This document shows positions 38,238 to 47,873 of a stretch of DNA of 64,000 bases, piece after piece. Under the pieces are notes generated by a model. That model made no database searches and was not told where the DNA came from. It saw nothing but the letters and a program-made list of their open reading frames with translations. Source of the DNA: a virus. The position numbers and the translations under genes were made by a program. Each line of letters opens with the position of its first letter. The first letter of the stretch is position 1. The DNA lies in IMG/VR virus record IMGVR_UViG_3300014501_000012, positions 20,832 to 84,831 of that record. One strand, given 5' to 3'.

Positions 38238-38947
38238 AAGCGGCGGTCATCCCGATCGGTCGGATCAAACCCTCCGAGGTCAACCCCCGCTTCGAGCCCC
38301 GTGAACTCGAGGGCCTGACGCAGTCGATCCGGCAGTACGGGATCCTCGAGCCCCTGTTGGTCCGGGCGATCCCGGGTGACCGGGAGCACGTCGAACTCGT
38401 CGCCGGTTCGCGCCGGCTGGCGGCAGCGAGACTCGCCCGGCTGAGCGAGGTCCCGGTTGTGTTCATGGCGGCGATGACCATCCCCGACCAGCGCGTCCTC
38501 TCGTTGACGGAAAACCTCCACCGGTTGGACATGACGCCGATCGAGAAGGGTGAGACGTACTTACAGATCGCCCGGGAGCGCGGGATCAACCAGACCGAGG
38601 TGGCGAAGCTCTGCTCCGTCTCCCCGTCCGAGGTGAGCAACTTCATCGGGCTCGTCCGGCGGGCCTGTCCCGAACTTCGGGAGGCGGCGCACCTAGGGAC
38701 CGTCCCGCTTTACGTCGCCATGGAGTTGGTCAAGCTCCCCCACGAGCGCCAGCAGGCGCGACTGGCATCGAGGAAGACCAAACACAAGACCGGCCAGGAG
38801 CGGGTCCGCAACTCGGCGACGTCGGGGTACGAGCAGTACTCGGTCAATCTCGGGCGCGCCCGAAGCGCCTTCCTCAACGAGGACTGGGAGACGGCCGTGG
38901 AGTACCTGGAGAAAGCCGTGGCGATGTGCGAGCGGCGGTTAGCGTAG
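38234..38947 (+). CDS. ParB/RepB/Spo0J-family protein
   Basis: NPR, L..SI...G.LEP..VR, AG.RRL.A, ENL.R and HTH motifs. Confidence 0.85.
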   Translation: MKAAVIPIGRIKPSEVNPRFEPRELEGLTQSIRQYGILEPLLVRAIPGDREHVELVAGSRRLAAARLARLSEVPVVFMAAMTIPDQRVLSLTENLHRLDMTPIEKGETYLQIARERGINQTEVAKLCSVSPSEVSNFIGLVRRACPELREAAHLGTVPLYVAMELVKLPHERQQARLASRKTKHKTGQERVRNSATSGYEQYSVNLGRARSAFLNEDWETAVEYLEKAVAMCERRLA

Positions 38948-38951
38948 ATGC

Positions 38952-39266
38952 GTGGTGATGATCGCCCGATTCCCCTGGCAGGCAGGAGCCATCTGCGAGG
39001 ACGTCGACCTGTTCTACGGAGACGACCAGGACGCCCGGGAGGAAGCCCTCGCCACCTGCGCCCAGTGTCCGGTCATCGTCGAGTGCCGGGAATACGCGAT
39101 CTACCACGAGGAGTTCGGAACGTGGGGTGGCACGTCCGAACGCTACCGACGGCGTTACCGGGCGCGCCACGACATCGCGATCTCGTCCCCCCAGACGGTG
39201 TTCGACCTGAGCGAGCGGGCGCTGGCCCGACGCGCGGCGGCGGCCGCGGCAGCGGAAGCCTCCTGA
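38952..39266 (+). CDS. whiB: WhiB-family transcription factor
   Basis: W...A.C, C..CPV...C and GTWGG.SE..R motifs. Confidence 0.9.
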   Translation: MVMIARFPWQAGAICEDVDLFYGDDQDAREEALATCAQCPVIVECREYAIYHEEFGTWGGTSERYRRRYRARHDIAISSPQTVFDLSERALARRAAAAAAAEAS

Positions 39267-39278
39267 CCGGAGCGTCCC

Positions 39279-39503
39279 ATGGCTGACGAGGCCGCCCGCC
39301 TCCGCGACGTCGTCCAGGTCCTCGAGGAGGAACTGAACCTCACGGCGACGACCGCCGGGGACCTCCTGGGTTACATCGACGGGATCCTGCGCGAGGTCCA
39401 CCGGACCCACCACGACGGGGCGACGAAGTGGAAGGACTGTCCGCGGTCGTTGTGTGAGCGCGGCCGGATCTCGTTCGCCAAGCTCGGGATCGAGCCGACG
39501 TGA
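39279..39503 (+). CDS. Hypothetical protein
   Basis: ORF in operon. Confidence 0.55.
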   Translation: MADEAARLRDVVQVLEEELNLTATTAGDLLGYIDGILREVHRTHHDGATKWKDCPRSLCERGRISFAKLGIEPT

Positions 39504-40237
39504 CCGACCGCTGGCCAGCCGGGCTACTCGCTGGCTTCGACCTCGAGACCACCTCCGCCTCGCCGCACGAAGCCCTCCCCGTCTCCTACGCCATCGTCCG
39601 CTTCGACTTCGGCCAGCCGACAAAAGGCAAGACCGGACTCATCGACCCCGGCGTTGAGGTCCCCGAAGAGGCGACGAAGATCCACGGGATCACGACCGAC
39701 CGCGTGCGGAGCGAGGGGCAGCCGATCGAGGAGGCGGTGCCCGAGATCTGCGCGACACTGCTCAAGGCCCGAGACGCCGGCGCGCCGATCGTCGGGATGA
39801 ACATCGCCTACGACCTGACGATCATGGACCGCCTCTCGCGTCAGATCATGGGGACCCCGCTCCCCGACCTCGCCCCGGTGCTCGACCTCTACGTCATGGA
39901 CAAGCACTACGACAAATGGCGGAAGGGAAAACGGACGCTCACCGACCTCGCCGCGCACTACGGGGTGGAGATGGGCGAGGCCCACGACGCGGTGGCCGAT
40001 GTCGAAGCCGCCGTTCGATGCGTCCTGGCGCTCGTCGACAAGCACCCGGGCATCGCGCGCTTCGACCCGAAACACCTTCACGACTGGCAGGTGAAATGGA
40101 GCCTGGCGCAGAACGAGGACTTCTCGGCGTACCGGGTCAAGCAAGGCGGCAAGCCCCTCGACCCCTGGGACTTCGGGTGGCCGATCCGCAACGCTCTCCC
40201 CGGATCGCCCGTGGATTCCGCGGCGGCGGAGGGCTAG
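39500..40237 (+). CDS. DnaQ-like DEDDh 3'-5' exonuclease
   Basis: FDLETT, IHGIT, N..YD and AHDA..D motifs. Confidence 0.9.
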   Translation: MTDRWPAGLLAGFDLETTSASPHEALPVSYAIVRFDFGQPTKGKTGLIDPGVEVPEEATKIHGITTDRVRSEGQPIEEAVPEICATLLKARDAGAPIVGMNIAYDLTIMDRLSRQIMGTPLPDLAPVLDLYVMDKHYDKWRKGKRTLTDLAAHYGVEMGEAHDAVADVEAAVRCVLALVDKHPGIARFDPKHLHDWQVKWSLAQNEDFSAYRVKQGGKPLDPWDFGWPIRNALPGSPVDSAAAEG

Positions 40238-40357
40238 GGTCGCGCGGTCATCGAACGCGACGAAGGCTCCCCATTGCAGGACAGGGAGCCTCCGCCAAAA
40301 CCGCACGATGGAGGTGCGCATGGAAAGCCTATCCGATCTGGCGGCGAGCATCCCTAA

Positions 40358-41227
40358 ATGACGGCGAAGAAGCCGCAGGAGGGGGTCGTCCTCAAAACCA
40401 GGTTCGCCCAGGTCCCCGAATGGGTGGCCCTGCACCCCGCCATTCTCAAGCACCCTACGGCCCTGGCCGCCTACGTCCACCTCTTCCTGCTGGGAGATTT
40501 CAAGGCGCGGATCACCACCAGCGACTGGCGGGAGCTGAGCGACGTGACCGGGTGGTCGAAACCCACGGTCATGCGAGCGATGAAGGTGCTCCGGGATGCC
40601 GGGGTGGTGGTCAGGGAAGGGGCTGACCTGCGGCTGCCCATGGACCTCCCCGGTATCAAATCTGACACCGAAGCCCCAGATCTCGGTATCAAATCTGATA
40701 CCGGACCGCGTCAGATCCGAGACCCGATCGCGTCAGATGTGAGACCCCCTCCTTTTAGTACAGAGAATTCAGAGGTTCCTCATAGTGTCGACGCTGTCGC
40801 GTCGACCGACATTCGGTCTCTGTGCGATCTTCTCTCCGAAGAAGTGGGCAGATACCTTGGCGATCCGATCAAAGCACCAGCGGTCACTGCCCGGTGGACA
40901 AACGACATGCGGCTCCTACTTGAAAAGGGGCCTCTCCACCGAGCCAAGTCGGAAGTGATCGCACCTGACCGGGTTCGTCGGTGCATTCGGGTCGTGTTCG
41001 ATGAGTTGGCCGAACCAACTGGTAGCCGCGGGTTCTGTTGGGCGGCGCAGATCCGCTCCCCCGGCGCCCTTCGGGATCATTGGGATCAGGTCGCTGAGGC
41101 CGCCAAGCAATCACGAGCAACTGGGTCGAACGGCAAGAAAGATCCACTCCGCCGCGGCCTCCCTTCTCTCAGCGATCTGTGGAAAATCGCAGAGGGTGCC
41201 GATCAACAAAAGGAGCTGACCCCATGA
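40358..41227 (+). CDS. Replication initiator (N-terminal HTH, lambda O/DnaD-like C-terminus)
   Basis: F..VP.W and HTH motifs; W...I.SP..LR.HWD; internal iterons. Confidence 0.75.
   Translation: MTAKKPQEGVVLKTRFAQVPEWVALHPAILKHPTALAAYVHLFLLGDFKARITTSDWRELSDVTGWSKPTVMRAMKVLRDAGVVVREGADLRLPMDLPGIKSDTEAPDLGIKSDTGPRQIRDPIASDVRPPPFSTENSEVPHSVDAVASTDIRSLCDLLSEEVGRYLGDPIKAPAVTARWTNDMRLLLEKGPLHRAKSEVIAPDRVRRCIRVVFDELAEPTGSRGFCWAAQIRSPGALRDHWDQVAEAAKQSRATGSNGKKDPLRRGLPSLSDLWKIAEGADQQKELTP
40651..40747. repeat. Iteron cluster / putative replication origin
   Basis: CGGTATCAAATCTGA(C/T)ACCG x2 and CGCGTCAGAT..GAGACCC x2. Confidence 0.65.
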
Positions 41228-41745
41228 CCATGATTCCTCAGGAAGATCCGAACCCTCGAGCACGGGCCGTGATCTCTACGCTGCGCCAGGCCGGGTGTCG
41301 GCCGGAGTTCGGATTCGACCAGGAGCAGGCCGAGGAACTATGGGAGACGAAGCTCGCCGCGTTCACGCTGCCCATGTGCGCGGCGGCGGCGAACGCCTGG
41401 ATCGAGGCAGGCGACAGAGAGTTCCCGACTCTGGGCGAGTTGATGACGCTGGCCCAGGGCTTCGCCATAGCTGAGCGCGAGGAAGTGCAGCGGCGGGAGC
41501 GGATGAACCGGGACCCCTTAGCGATGGTTGTTTGCCCGGAGTGTTTCGACGAGCCAGTCGGGTGGGTCGAGGTGATCGAGCTGGCCGGCGCGAGGGCTCT
41601 GCGCCCGTGTTCGAGGTGTCTCCCCGATAGGTACCGAGCCTGGCGCGGCGGCCATTTCGCCCTAGGCCACGACGAGGCCCGGTGCCGGGATACGTGGTGC
41701 GTCGAGACGGTGAGGCGGCGCAAGCATGGCCGAAAGGCTTCCTGA
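41224..41745 (+). CDS. Putative helicase loader/inhibitor-like protein with zinc finger
   Basis: Follows the initiator; W...L and FPT..EL motifs; CPEC..GW..PC..C. Confidence 0.55.
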   Translation: MTMIPQEDPNPRARAVISTLRQAGCRPEFGFDQEQAEELWETKLAAFTLPMCAAAANAWIEAGDREFPTLGELMTLAQGFAIAEREEVQRRERMNRDPLAMVVCPECFDEPVGWVEVIELAGARALRPCSRCLPDRYRAWRGGHFALGHDEARCRDTWCVETVRRRKHGRKAS

Positions 41746-41797
41746 CCAGTGAAAAGGGGCGACGCGCCGAGGAGGCACGAGAACCCCCATCGCCCGC

Positions 41798-41811
41798 GCT
41801 ACAGGTGTAGT
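41798..41811. promoter_or_regulatory. Operator GCTACAGGTGTAGT overlapping TAGTAT -10
   Basis: Palindrome family. Confidence 0.65.
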
Positions 41812-41855
41812 ATCGGCGGAACGAACGGACCACCTACCCAAGGAGGGGGACCGCG

Positions 41856-42320
41856 ATGCAGACGATGTACGACACCTACTCGAGCCGGGACGTGGTGAGG
41901 ATCGCCGGGATCTCGTACCGGCAGCTCGACTACTGGGCGCGAATCGGGCTTGTCCCCGAACCCCAGCCGAGAATCCAGACCGGCGCGCCAGCATGGACTC
42001 GACAGCCGAGGACGTCCCGGCGCTGGACGCGGCGCTGGACGACCGAGGACCTGTTCTCCGTTGCCACGCTTGCCGAAGCCCGGAAGATGGTATCGATCGA
42101 TGGGCTGCAAGCCGCGGCCGATCGCCTGTTCGCGATGGAGGTCGGGGAGTGGCGGTCCGCGGTCGAGTGTGACTCGCTGCTGGTGATCGCCTCGGATCTG
42201 GCGGTCGTGATCAATCGCGTCGACCTCGAAACCTTCTGCCGGGCGAAGGGCGCGTTCGTGGTCGTCCCGCTCGGCGCGGTCGTCCAGGACGTGACGCTCG
42301 GACTCCGGGTGGCGGCGTGA
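41856..42320 (+). CDS. MerR-family HTH protein
   Basis: YSSRDVVRIAGISYRQLDYWARIGLV.P. Confidence 0.85.
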   Translation: MQTMYDTYSSRDVVRIAGISYRQLDYWARIGLVPEPQPRIQTGAPAWTRQPRTSRRWTRRWTTEDLFSVATLAEARKMVSIDGLQAAADRLFAMEVGEWRSAVECDSLLVIASDLAVVINRVDLETFCRAKGAFVVVPLGAVVQDVTLGLRVAA

Positions 42321-42868
42321 GTTCCATGACAAAGGGCGAGCGCGCCGAGCTGAGGTCTGTAGTACGCGGTCAGTTCAAGGTGCTGCGTTCAGAGATTGGC
42401 CAGCGGGAGAAGGAACTACTGGCCGATACCGAGCACGGCATCGACGACCTCTTGAAAGCCGAAGAGGACAAGGCCGAGTCAATCGCATTCCTTGTCCTCG
42501 AGGTCATGCGCGAGTGCAACCGCAAGATCAACGACCTTCTCTACGAGCACGGCTACCAGGCCAAATCCGGGACCGAGAAGGTTTGGGTGAAAGAACCAAC
42601 CATGGACTTCGGAACCCGGACCAAGCGCAGCCAGTTGAAGTGGGGGGCGGTTGCCGAACTGAACCAGCGCGTGGCCGCGGCCAAGGTGATACTCGACCGA
42701 CAAGAGCAAGACCTCCTTCGCAAGCTGGCGGTCGATGCGCTTGAGACAGAGGAGGCGCGTGCGTTCCTTGACTCCATCCCCACCGTTAGCGAGTTGGTAC
42801 CGGCGACGCGGCTGGCGGAGTTGGAGAGGGCGTTGGACACCGGACCCACTGAGGTAGACGACATATGA
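42317..42868 (+). CDS. Hypothetical coiled-coil protein
   Basis: MTKGER.ELR...FL.SIPTV.EL motif. Confidence 0.65.
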   Translation: MSSMTKGERAELRSVVRGQFKVLRSEIGQREKELLADTEHGIDDLLKAEEDKAESIAFLVLEVMRECNRKINDLLYEHGYQAKSGTEKVWVKEPTMDFGTRTKRSQLKWGAVAELNQRVAAAKVILDRQEQDLLRKLAVDALETEEARAFLDSIPTVSELVPATRLAELERALDTGPTEVDDI

Positions 42869-43164
42869 GCTTCCCCGACCCCACACCCGCGGGCCCCGAA
42901 GAGGATCGGACGATCGTGTACGTGGTCAAGGTCCGGTCGTTCGGCAACGGCGAGCAACCCCATGTCGCGGAGATGGCGAAGTTCGTTGCCCTCGGCCTCA
43001 ACCGGACGGTCGGAATCGACCGGGTCGAGATCTGGAACGACGGGGCGAGGTTCACCTTCGACCCAGCGGCCTACGACGGAGAGCACGACACCGACGACGT
43101 CATCGCCATCGAGCGGCCCTACGCGCCGGCCGTCAACGGCCACGATCCGAAGGTCCCGTCGTGA
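42865..43164 (+). CDS. Hypothetical protein
   Basis: ATGA overlap. Confidence 0.55.
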   Translation: MSFPDPTPAGPEEDRTIVYVVKVRSFGNGEQPHVAEMAKFVALGLNRTVGIDRVEIWNDGARFTFDPAAYDGEHDTDDVIAIERPYAPAVNGHDPKVPS

Positions 43165-43622
43165 CACAATCGACCAAGTGGAAGCAAGTGGCGGGGGGCG
43201 TCTTTGAGACCAAGATGCCGTGGGGCGGCAAGCTCACGGTGTGGGAGGGACCTTCTGGGCGCAGTTACTCGGCTGAGATGCAAGAGGGATCGATCTGGAT
43301 GTCAATGGGTTTCGACCCCACCATGTCACGAGCTGACATCGTTCAGCGGTGCATCGAAAATCACGCCGAGTCCCACGCACGCGACGGATTCCCCGACAAG
43401 GTCGAGCGAGAACGCCTCCAGCGAATCCAGAGACGGGAAGACGAACGGCGGGCACAGGAGAACTACCCGGCTGCCCTGACGCTCTTGCGAAAGGCCCGAG
43501 ATCATCAGGCGACCACCGAAGAGATCACGGCGTTTCTTGATTACGACGAGGCGTTGCAGAAAGTCGGAACGGCCAAAGTAGAGAAGGAACGTACCGCACA
43601 TCTGGAGCGTCAGAAGTGGTAA
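43161..43622 (+). CDS. Hypothetical protein
   Basis: GTGA overlap. Confidence 0.55.
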   Translation: MTQSTKWKQVAGGVFETKMPWGGKLTVWEGPSGRSYSAEMQEGSIWMSMGFDPTMSRADIVQRCIENHAESHARDGFPDKVERERLQRIQRREDERRAQENYPAALTLLRKARDHQATTEEITAFLDYDEALQKVGTAKVEKERTAHLERQKW

Positions 43623-43957
43623 CCGCGTTTGACCCCCCGACGCTGTTCGACGCGGCGCTGAACCTGCGGAAGCCCCTGACGATCGAGGCGTACTTCGAGC
43701 AGTTCCACGCGGCGAACCCCCACGTCTACCGACGCCTGGTCGAGATGACGCGCCAACTCGTCGAGCGCGGCCACAAGAAGGTGGGGATCGGGGTGTTGTT
43801 CGAGGCGCTCAGGTGGGAGCACGCCATGACGACCGCGGATCCCGAGACCCCGTTCAAGCTCAATAACAGTCTTCGCTCTCGGTATGCGCGGCGCATCATG
43901 GACGACCACCCGGACCTCGAGGGCGTTTTCGAGACGCGGGAGTTGAAGGCGGCGTGA
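43616..43957 (+). CDS. Conserved phage protein
   Basis: F..FH..NP.VY...LRW...FKLNN....YAR...FETR motif. Confidence 0.7.
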   Translation: MVTAFDPPTLFDAALNLRKPLTIEAYFEQFHAANPHVYRRLVEMTRQLVERGHKKVGIGVLFEALRWEHAMTTADPETPFKLNNSLRSRYARRIMDDHPDLEGVFETRELKAA

Positions 43958-43961
43958 TCGG

Positions 43962-44396
43962 GTGACCCTCGGAAGCGGTGGACCCCTCCAGAGAAAAGCC
44001 CCGATGAACCGCGGGACCTCGACCCTCAAGCGGTCGTGGATCAAGCGCGGCGACTCCCGGCTCGAACGCAAGACCCCAATGCCCCGGAGGAAGTCTCAGC
44101 GGGTCCTCGACTACGAGGCCGAGCTCGACGCCATCACCCCGGCGCTCAAGGCGCGGTCACGCGGTCGGTGCGAGGTCCAGATCCCCGGCGTCTGCATGAA
44201 GCGCGCCGCGGTGCGCCATCATCGGTGGCGCCGCAGCCAACGCGGGCCCAACATCTTGAGCAATCTTTTGCACTCCTGTGTCGACTGCCACGGTTGGGGG
44301 CACGACAGCGGGGCCGGACTGGCGATCGGGTTCCTGCTCAAGCGGGGCGAGGATCCCGAGCAGAACCCGTACGTCCCTCCGAGGAGGATGGCATGA
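43962..44396 (+). CDS. HNH endonuclease
   Basis: CE...C...HH...S..G....NL...C..CH. Confidence 0.8.
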   Translation: MTLGSGGPLQRKAPMNRGTSTLKRSWIKRGDSRLERKTPMPRRKSQRVLDYEAELDAITPALKARSRGRCEVQIPGVCMKRAAVRHHRWRRSQRGPNILSNLLHSCVDCHGWGHDSGAGLAIGFLLKRGEDPEQNPYVPPRRMA

Positions 44397-44692
44397 CCAT
44401 CGCCGCGCCGATAACGAAGCCCGACACGACCCCGGTCCCGCTCCCCACCGACGGCGACCACGACCGGTTCGCCCACATCGTCCTCGAGGGCTACTGGCCG
44501 AGCGGGACGAGGGACGAGGGGGAGTTCGTCACGACCGGCAACTGCGTGGTCGAGGGGATGGTGACCGGGGCCTCCGTGCGCGCCGTCTGCGGGACCTGGA
44601 TACGTCCCGGCCGCGACCCGAAGAAGTTCCCGCTCTGCCCGACGTGCCGGGAGATCGCAGAGGTCCGCGGGTGGAAGATCCCGATTCAATGA
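44393..44692 (+). CDS. DUF3039 domain protein
   Basis: GDHDRFAH.V...A.CG..W.P.RDP.KFP.CP.C.EI. Confidence 0.8.
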   Translation: MTIAAPITKPDTTPVPLPTDGDHDRFAHIVLEGYWPSGTRDEGEFVTTGNCVVEGMVTGASVRAVCGTWIRPGRDPKKFPLCPTCREIAEVRGWKIPIQ

Positions 44693-44706
44693 TCCGAAGG
44701 AGAGCG

Positions 44707-45567
44707 ATGAACAGAACGCGGATAGCAGCAGGAGTGGCCGGGGCGATCGCCGCGACCGTGTGTCTCGTGGGGGTCTTCGTCCCGGACGCCTGGGGCCACG
44801 CCAACATCGTCAACATGTCCGAGACGTGCAGCGTCGGCCAACAGGTGGTCACGGTGACGGTGATGAACGACTACAACCTGACCGAGACGGCGACCGTGGC
44901 TTCGGCAACCGTTGACGGCTCCTCGGTCCCGGCGTCGGACCTCACGCCGTCGAGCGTCCCGATAGCGGCCAGTCCGAGCGAGCCGTACCAGGAGGGGACG
45001 TTCTCCTGGGTCTTCACCGGGTCATCGACCCCGACGATCTCGGTCAAGATCCACGGCCACTGGAGCGACGGGTTCACGACCAACGATCTGGGGGGTCCGA
45101 TCACGCTCGTCGGAGGATGCGAGACGCCCACCACCACGACAACCTCCACCACGACGACCACGGTCCCGGCGACCACCACCACGACCGAGGCACCGGCCAC
45201 CACGACAACGACCGGGTCGCCCTCGTCGACCACGACCTCGACCACCGGCCCGAAGCCCCCCGGATCAGCCACGACCCTGCCGAAGCCCCCGTCACCGACC
45301 ACGCCCCCCCCGACGGTCCCCCTGGCCGGCCAGCCCCCGGCGTCCGGTCCCACACCCCCGTCATTTGCCGCTCCTGCCCCGATCACGAGCATTCCGCCAT
45401 CTCCTACCACGACAACCGTTCCGTCCCCGGGAACCGTGCCCCTGGCCTTCACCGGGTTCGATCCGATCCCGGCCCTGCTGACCGGGCTCCTGTTCCTCGT
45501 CCTCGGCGCGGTGGCGGTCGTGGTCTACCGGGTCAGGCGGCGACCCAGTGAAAGATCCGGCCGATGA
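44707..45567 (+). CDS. Secreted, sortase-anchored surface protein with Thr/Pro stalk
   Basis: Signal peptide (AWG-H); poly-T/P stalk; LAFTG, TM helix and basic tail. Confidence 0.8.
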   Translation: MNRTRIAAGVAGAIAATVCLVGVFVPDAWGHANIVNMSETCSVGQQVVTVTVMNDYNLTETATVASATVDGSSVPASDLTPSSVPIAASPSEPYQEGTFSWVFTGSSTPTISVKIHGHWSDGFTTNDLGGPITLVGGCETPTTTTTSTTTTTVPATTTTTEAPATTTTTGSPSSTTTSTTGPKPPGSATTLPKPPSPTTPPPTVPLAGQPPASGPTPPSFAAPAPITSIPPSPTTTTVPSPGTVPLAFTGFDPIPALLTGLLFLVLGAVAVVVYRVRRRPSERSGR

Positions 45568-46433
45568 GTGAAGGGGACGAGAGGTTGAAAGAGATCGCAG
45601 AGGACGAGATGAAAACGGCACGTCGTCTGCACGTCCAGGTGCGCTACGACACTGACGCCGCCTTTCACGCCGCGTGCGTTGTGGTCGGCCACACCGGCTG
45701 GAGAGACGAAGACGGGGTCTACCACGAGGGGCCAACTCTCGGCACGGCGCTCAAGGTGGCGGAACTGTTCGACGCCATCGGCTTCGACGGCATCGTCACC
45801 TCTCTCACTGAGCTGCAGGAGAAGTTGACACTGGCGGAAGCCTCCCGTGACCAGTGGAAGCGCCGAACGGGGAACGGCGGCGAGGAGTCCGTCCGATTCG
45901 GGCCGCTCAAAGCAGAACCATGGGAGGGGAACGGGCCGTGTGATGACTGCGCCGGAAGGTCGCCGTACTGGCACGCGCCGGACGACCTGTGGCAGAAGGT
46001 GATGAGTGAGCCGGGCAAGGACCCGCACGACCCTGGTGGCGTGATCTGCCCGGTGTGCTTCGTCATCCGAGCGTGGAAGAAGGAGCTGCCGGAGTTTGCG
46101 TCATGGTGGACGTGGACTCCGATACCCACCGGGTTCCTACCCGAAGGCGATTTCCATTGGGCCATCGACCGGCGTGATGAGGCGCTGGAGGAACGGGACG
46201 CTCTCGCCTCCCGTCTCTCAGCCGCCGAAGCCGTGATCGAAGCAGCGGAGGGACTGGCCGAAAAGCTGGACGAGTGCGATCCCCACGTCACGGCCGCCTA
46301 CAGCTTCATGCAAATCCACGGCGGCCAGTACAACGGCCCGGAGTACGGCACCGCAAAAACGAAACTCCGCGCCGCTCTAACCACCTACCGCACCACTGTG
46401 CCCCGCTCTAGTGAAGGAGAGACAGATGGGTGA
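45564..46433 (+). CDS. Hypothetical mosaic protein (CxxC pairs)
   Basis: ATGA overlap. Confidence 0.6.
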   Translation: MSEGDERLKEIAEDEMKTARRLHVQVRYDTDAAFHAACVVVGHTGWRDEDGVYHEGPTLGTALKVAELFDAIGFDGIVTSLTELQEKLTLAEASRDQWKRRTGNGGEESVRFGPLKAEPWEGNGPCDDCAGRSPYWHAPDDLWQKVMSEPGKDPHDPGGVICPVCFVIRAWKKELPEFASWWTWTPIPTGFLPEGDFHWAIDRRDEALEERDALASRLSAAEAVIEAAEGLAEKLDECDPHVTAAYSFMQIHGGQYNGPEYGTAKTKLRAALTTYRTTVPRSSEGETDG

Positions 46434-46833
46434 GGCGGTTTGGTTCATCGGGCCGTGGCAACGCCCGGGGTACTTTCTACGGCTCTCTACGGAACCTGGG
46501 TGTTCTGAGCGTGCGCCGAGGGTCACCGCTGAGGATGTTTACCGACCTCACGGGTTCCCGTGGCGCTCGATGGATCGCAAGTGGAAAGCGGTTCACGGGG
46601 CTCAGGGGATGACCTCGGTGGAGTACGCCGAAGGCTGGTCGGTGCTCTCGGTGGCTGACTACACCGTGGACCCTAGACCGGGGGGCCATGTGACCCTCGC
46701 CGTTCAGCGAGCCGACGTTCCCGAGGCCGAGATGCGCAAGCTGGCGCAGGAACGTTACCCGTCCGTGTGGGCACGACTACAAACCGAAAGTCCCGCGGCC
46801 CCCACGGGGGTCGGAGAAGGGGAGGAGCCGTGA
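46426..46833 (+). CDS. Hypothetical protein
   Basis: AAGGAG SD; GW..L...D..VD.RPG motif. Confidence 0.6.
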   Translation: MGEAVWFIGPWQRPGYFLRLSTEPGCSERAPRVTAEDVYRPHGFPWRSMDRKWKAVHGAQGMTSVEYAEGWSVLSVADYTVDPRPGGHVTLAVQRADVPEAEMRKLAQERYPSVWARLQTESPAAPTGVGEGEEP

Positions 46834-47141
46834 GCGGAGAATCAGCGGTTGAAATGTTGCGGGCGATGGAGGAGGACCGTTGCCACGGCGACTGGCAAGG
46901 ACCGAGCGACGACGAGTGCGTTGACGACCTGCTCGTGGTTGCTTGTGAGGAGTTGCGGGGCCACAAGGATCTGCACCACGGCCGATGCGACGACGGCCTA
47001 CGAGTCATGTGGGTCAAAGGGACCGGCAACCTCTTGCTGGAATGCGACGGGTCGATCTACCGCCGTCAGTTCGCCCGTACGCAATACGTCGGAGAACCAG
47101 ATTCGCAAAATCCAAAAGGTCTGAGGGAAGGGGAGGGATAG
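46830..47141 (+). CDS. Hypothetical protein
   Basis: GGAGG SD; C....GH...HH. Confidence 0.5.
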   Translation: MSGESAVEMLRAMEEDRCHGDWQGPSDDECVDDLLVVACEELRGHKDLHHGRCDDGLRVMWVKGTGNLLLECDGSIYRRQFARTQYVGEPDSQNPKGLREGEG

Positions 47142-47350
47142 TGAGCGACTTCCCGCTGCATATGATCGAAGGCCCCATCACGGTAACGCCCACGGGCGCT
47201 GGCTGCGTGTCGGCCGTACGTTGCCGTTGCGGCGAAGGGTTTGGCGGCTTCGAGCCCGGGATGATCGAGGCCAACGAGTCCGCCCTGGCGAAACTTCGGG
47301 AGCACGTTCGCTCGTCGGCCACCATAGAAGGGGAGCCCAGTGATGGGTGA
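47141..47350 (+). CDS. Hypothetical protein
   Basis: GGAGG SD; TAGTG overlap. Confidence 0.5.
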   Translation: MSDFPLHMIEGPITVTPTGAGCVSAVRCRCGEGFGGFEPGMIEANESALAKLREHVRSSATIEGEPSDG

Positions 47351-47507
47351 GCCGTTCTTTCGACTTTTGAAGTTGCGGAGCCTCCGAGCGTGGTGGCGCA
47401 CACGCCATTGCAATCACGATGGGACGGAGCGGTCGCAGCTAATCGAGACCGGAACAAACAAGATGTTCTGGTGCACCCGTTGCCAGCGGACGTGGTTCGC
47501 ATGGTGA
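47343..47507 (+). CDS. Small zinc-ribbon protein (MGEPFFRL...CTRCQRTWFAW)
   Basis: Translated by hand; ATGGGTGA overlap. Confidence 0.45.
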   Translation: MGEPFFRLLKLRSLRAWWRTRHCNHDGTERSQLIETGTNKMFWCTRCQRTWFAW

Positions 47508-47713
47508 CGAAGGCAGACCCAGTGATGGCCGGGGTTCGGCGTAGACCGTCGTGCGGCCACGAGATGCTGGTGCAATGCCCGCTCACCGCCCGTGACTGGG
47601 AGGAAGTGTTCTTCGCCTACCTCGCCTGGCGCTCGGTCTGCCGGTCAGTGTCCGAAAGAGCCCACGGTCGTGCCAGTCGAATCGAAATCGAAAGTGCGGC
47701 CGGTGATGGGTGA
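47501..47713 (+). CDS. Hypothetical protein
   Basis: Overlapping ORF chain. Confidence 0.4.
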   Translation: MVTKADPVMAGVRRRPSCGHEMLVQCPLTARDWEEVFFAYLAWRSVCRSVSERAHGRASRIEIESAAGDG

Positions 47714-47873
47714 GGAAAGGAGCAAAGCAGCAATGAAGCGTGAGAGACAGATCCGAGAGGCGTTTATCGACGGGTACACGAGTGCGATGGATCGGTGCCG
47801 TCCCGGTGCTGGCGCCAACACATTGCAGGCCGAGGCCGAGCGTGTCTGGTCGGAAGAGAACGTAACGTCGTGA
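47706..47873 (+). CDS. Hypothetical protein
   Basis: ATGGGTGA overlap. Confidence 0.45.
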   Translation: MGEERSKAAMKRERQIREAFIDGYTSAMDRCRPGAGANTLQAEAERVWSEENVTS

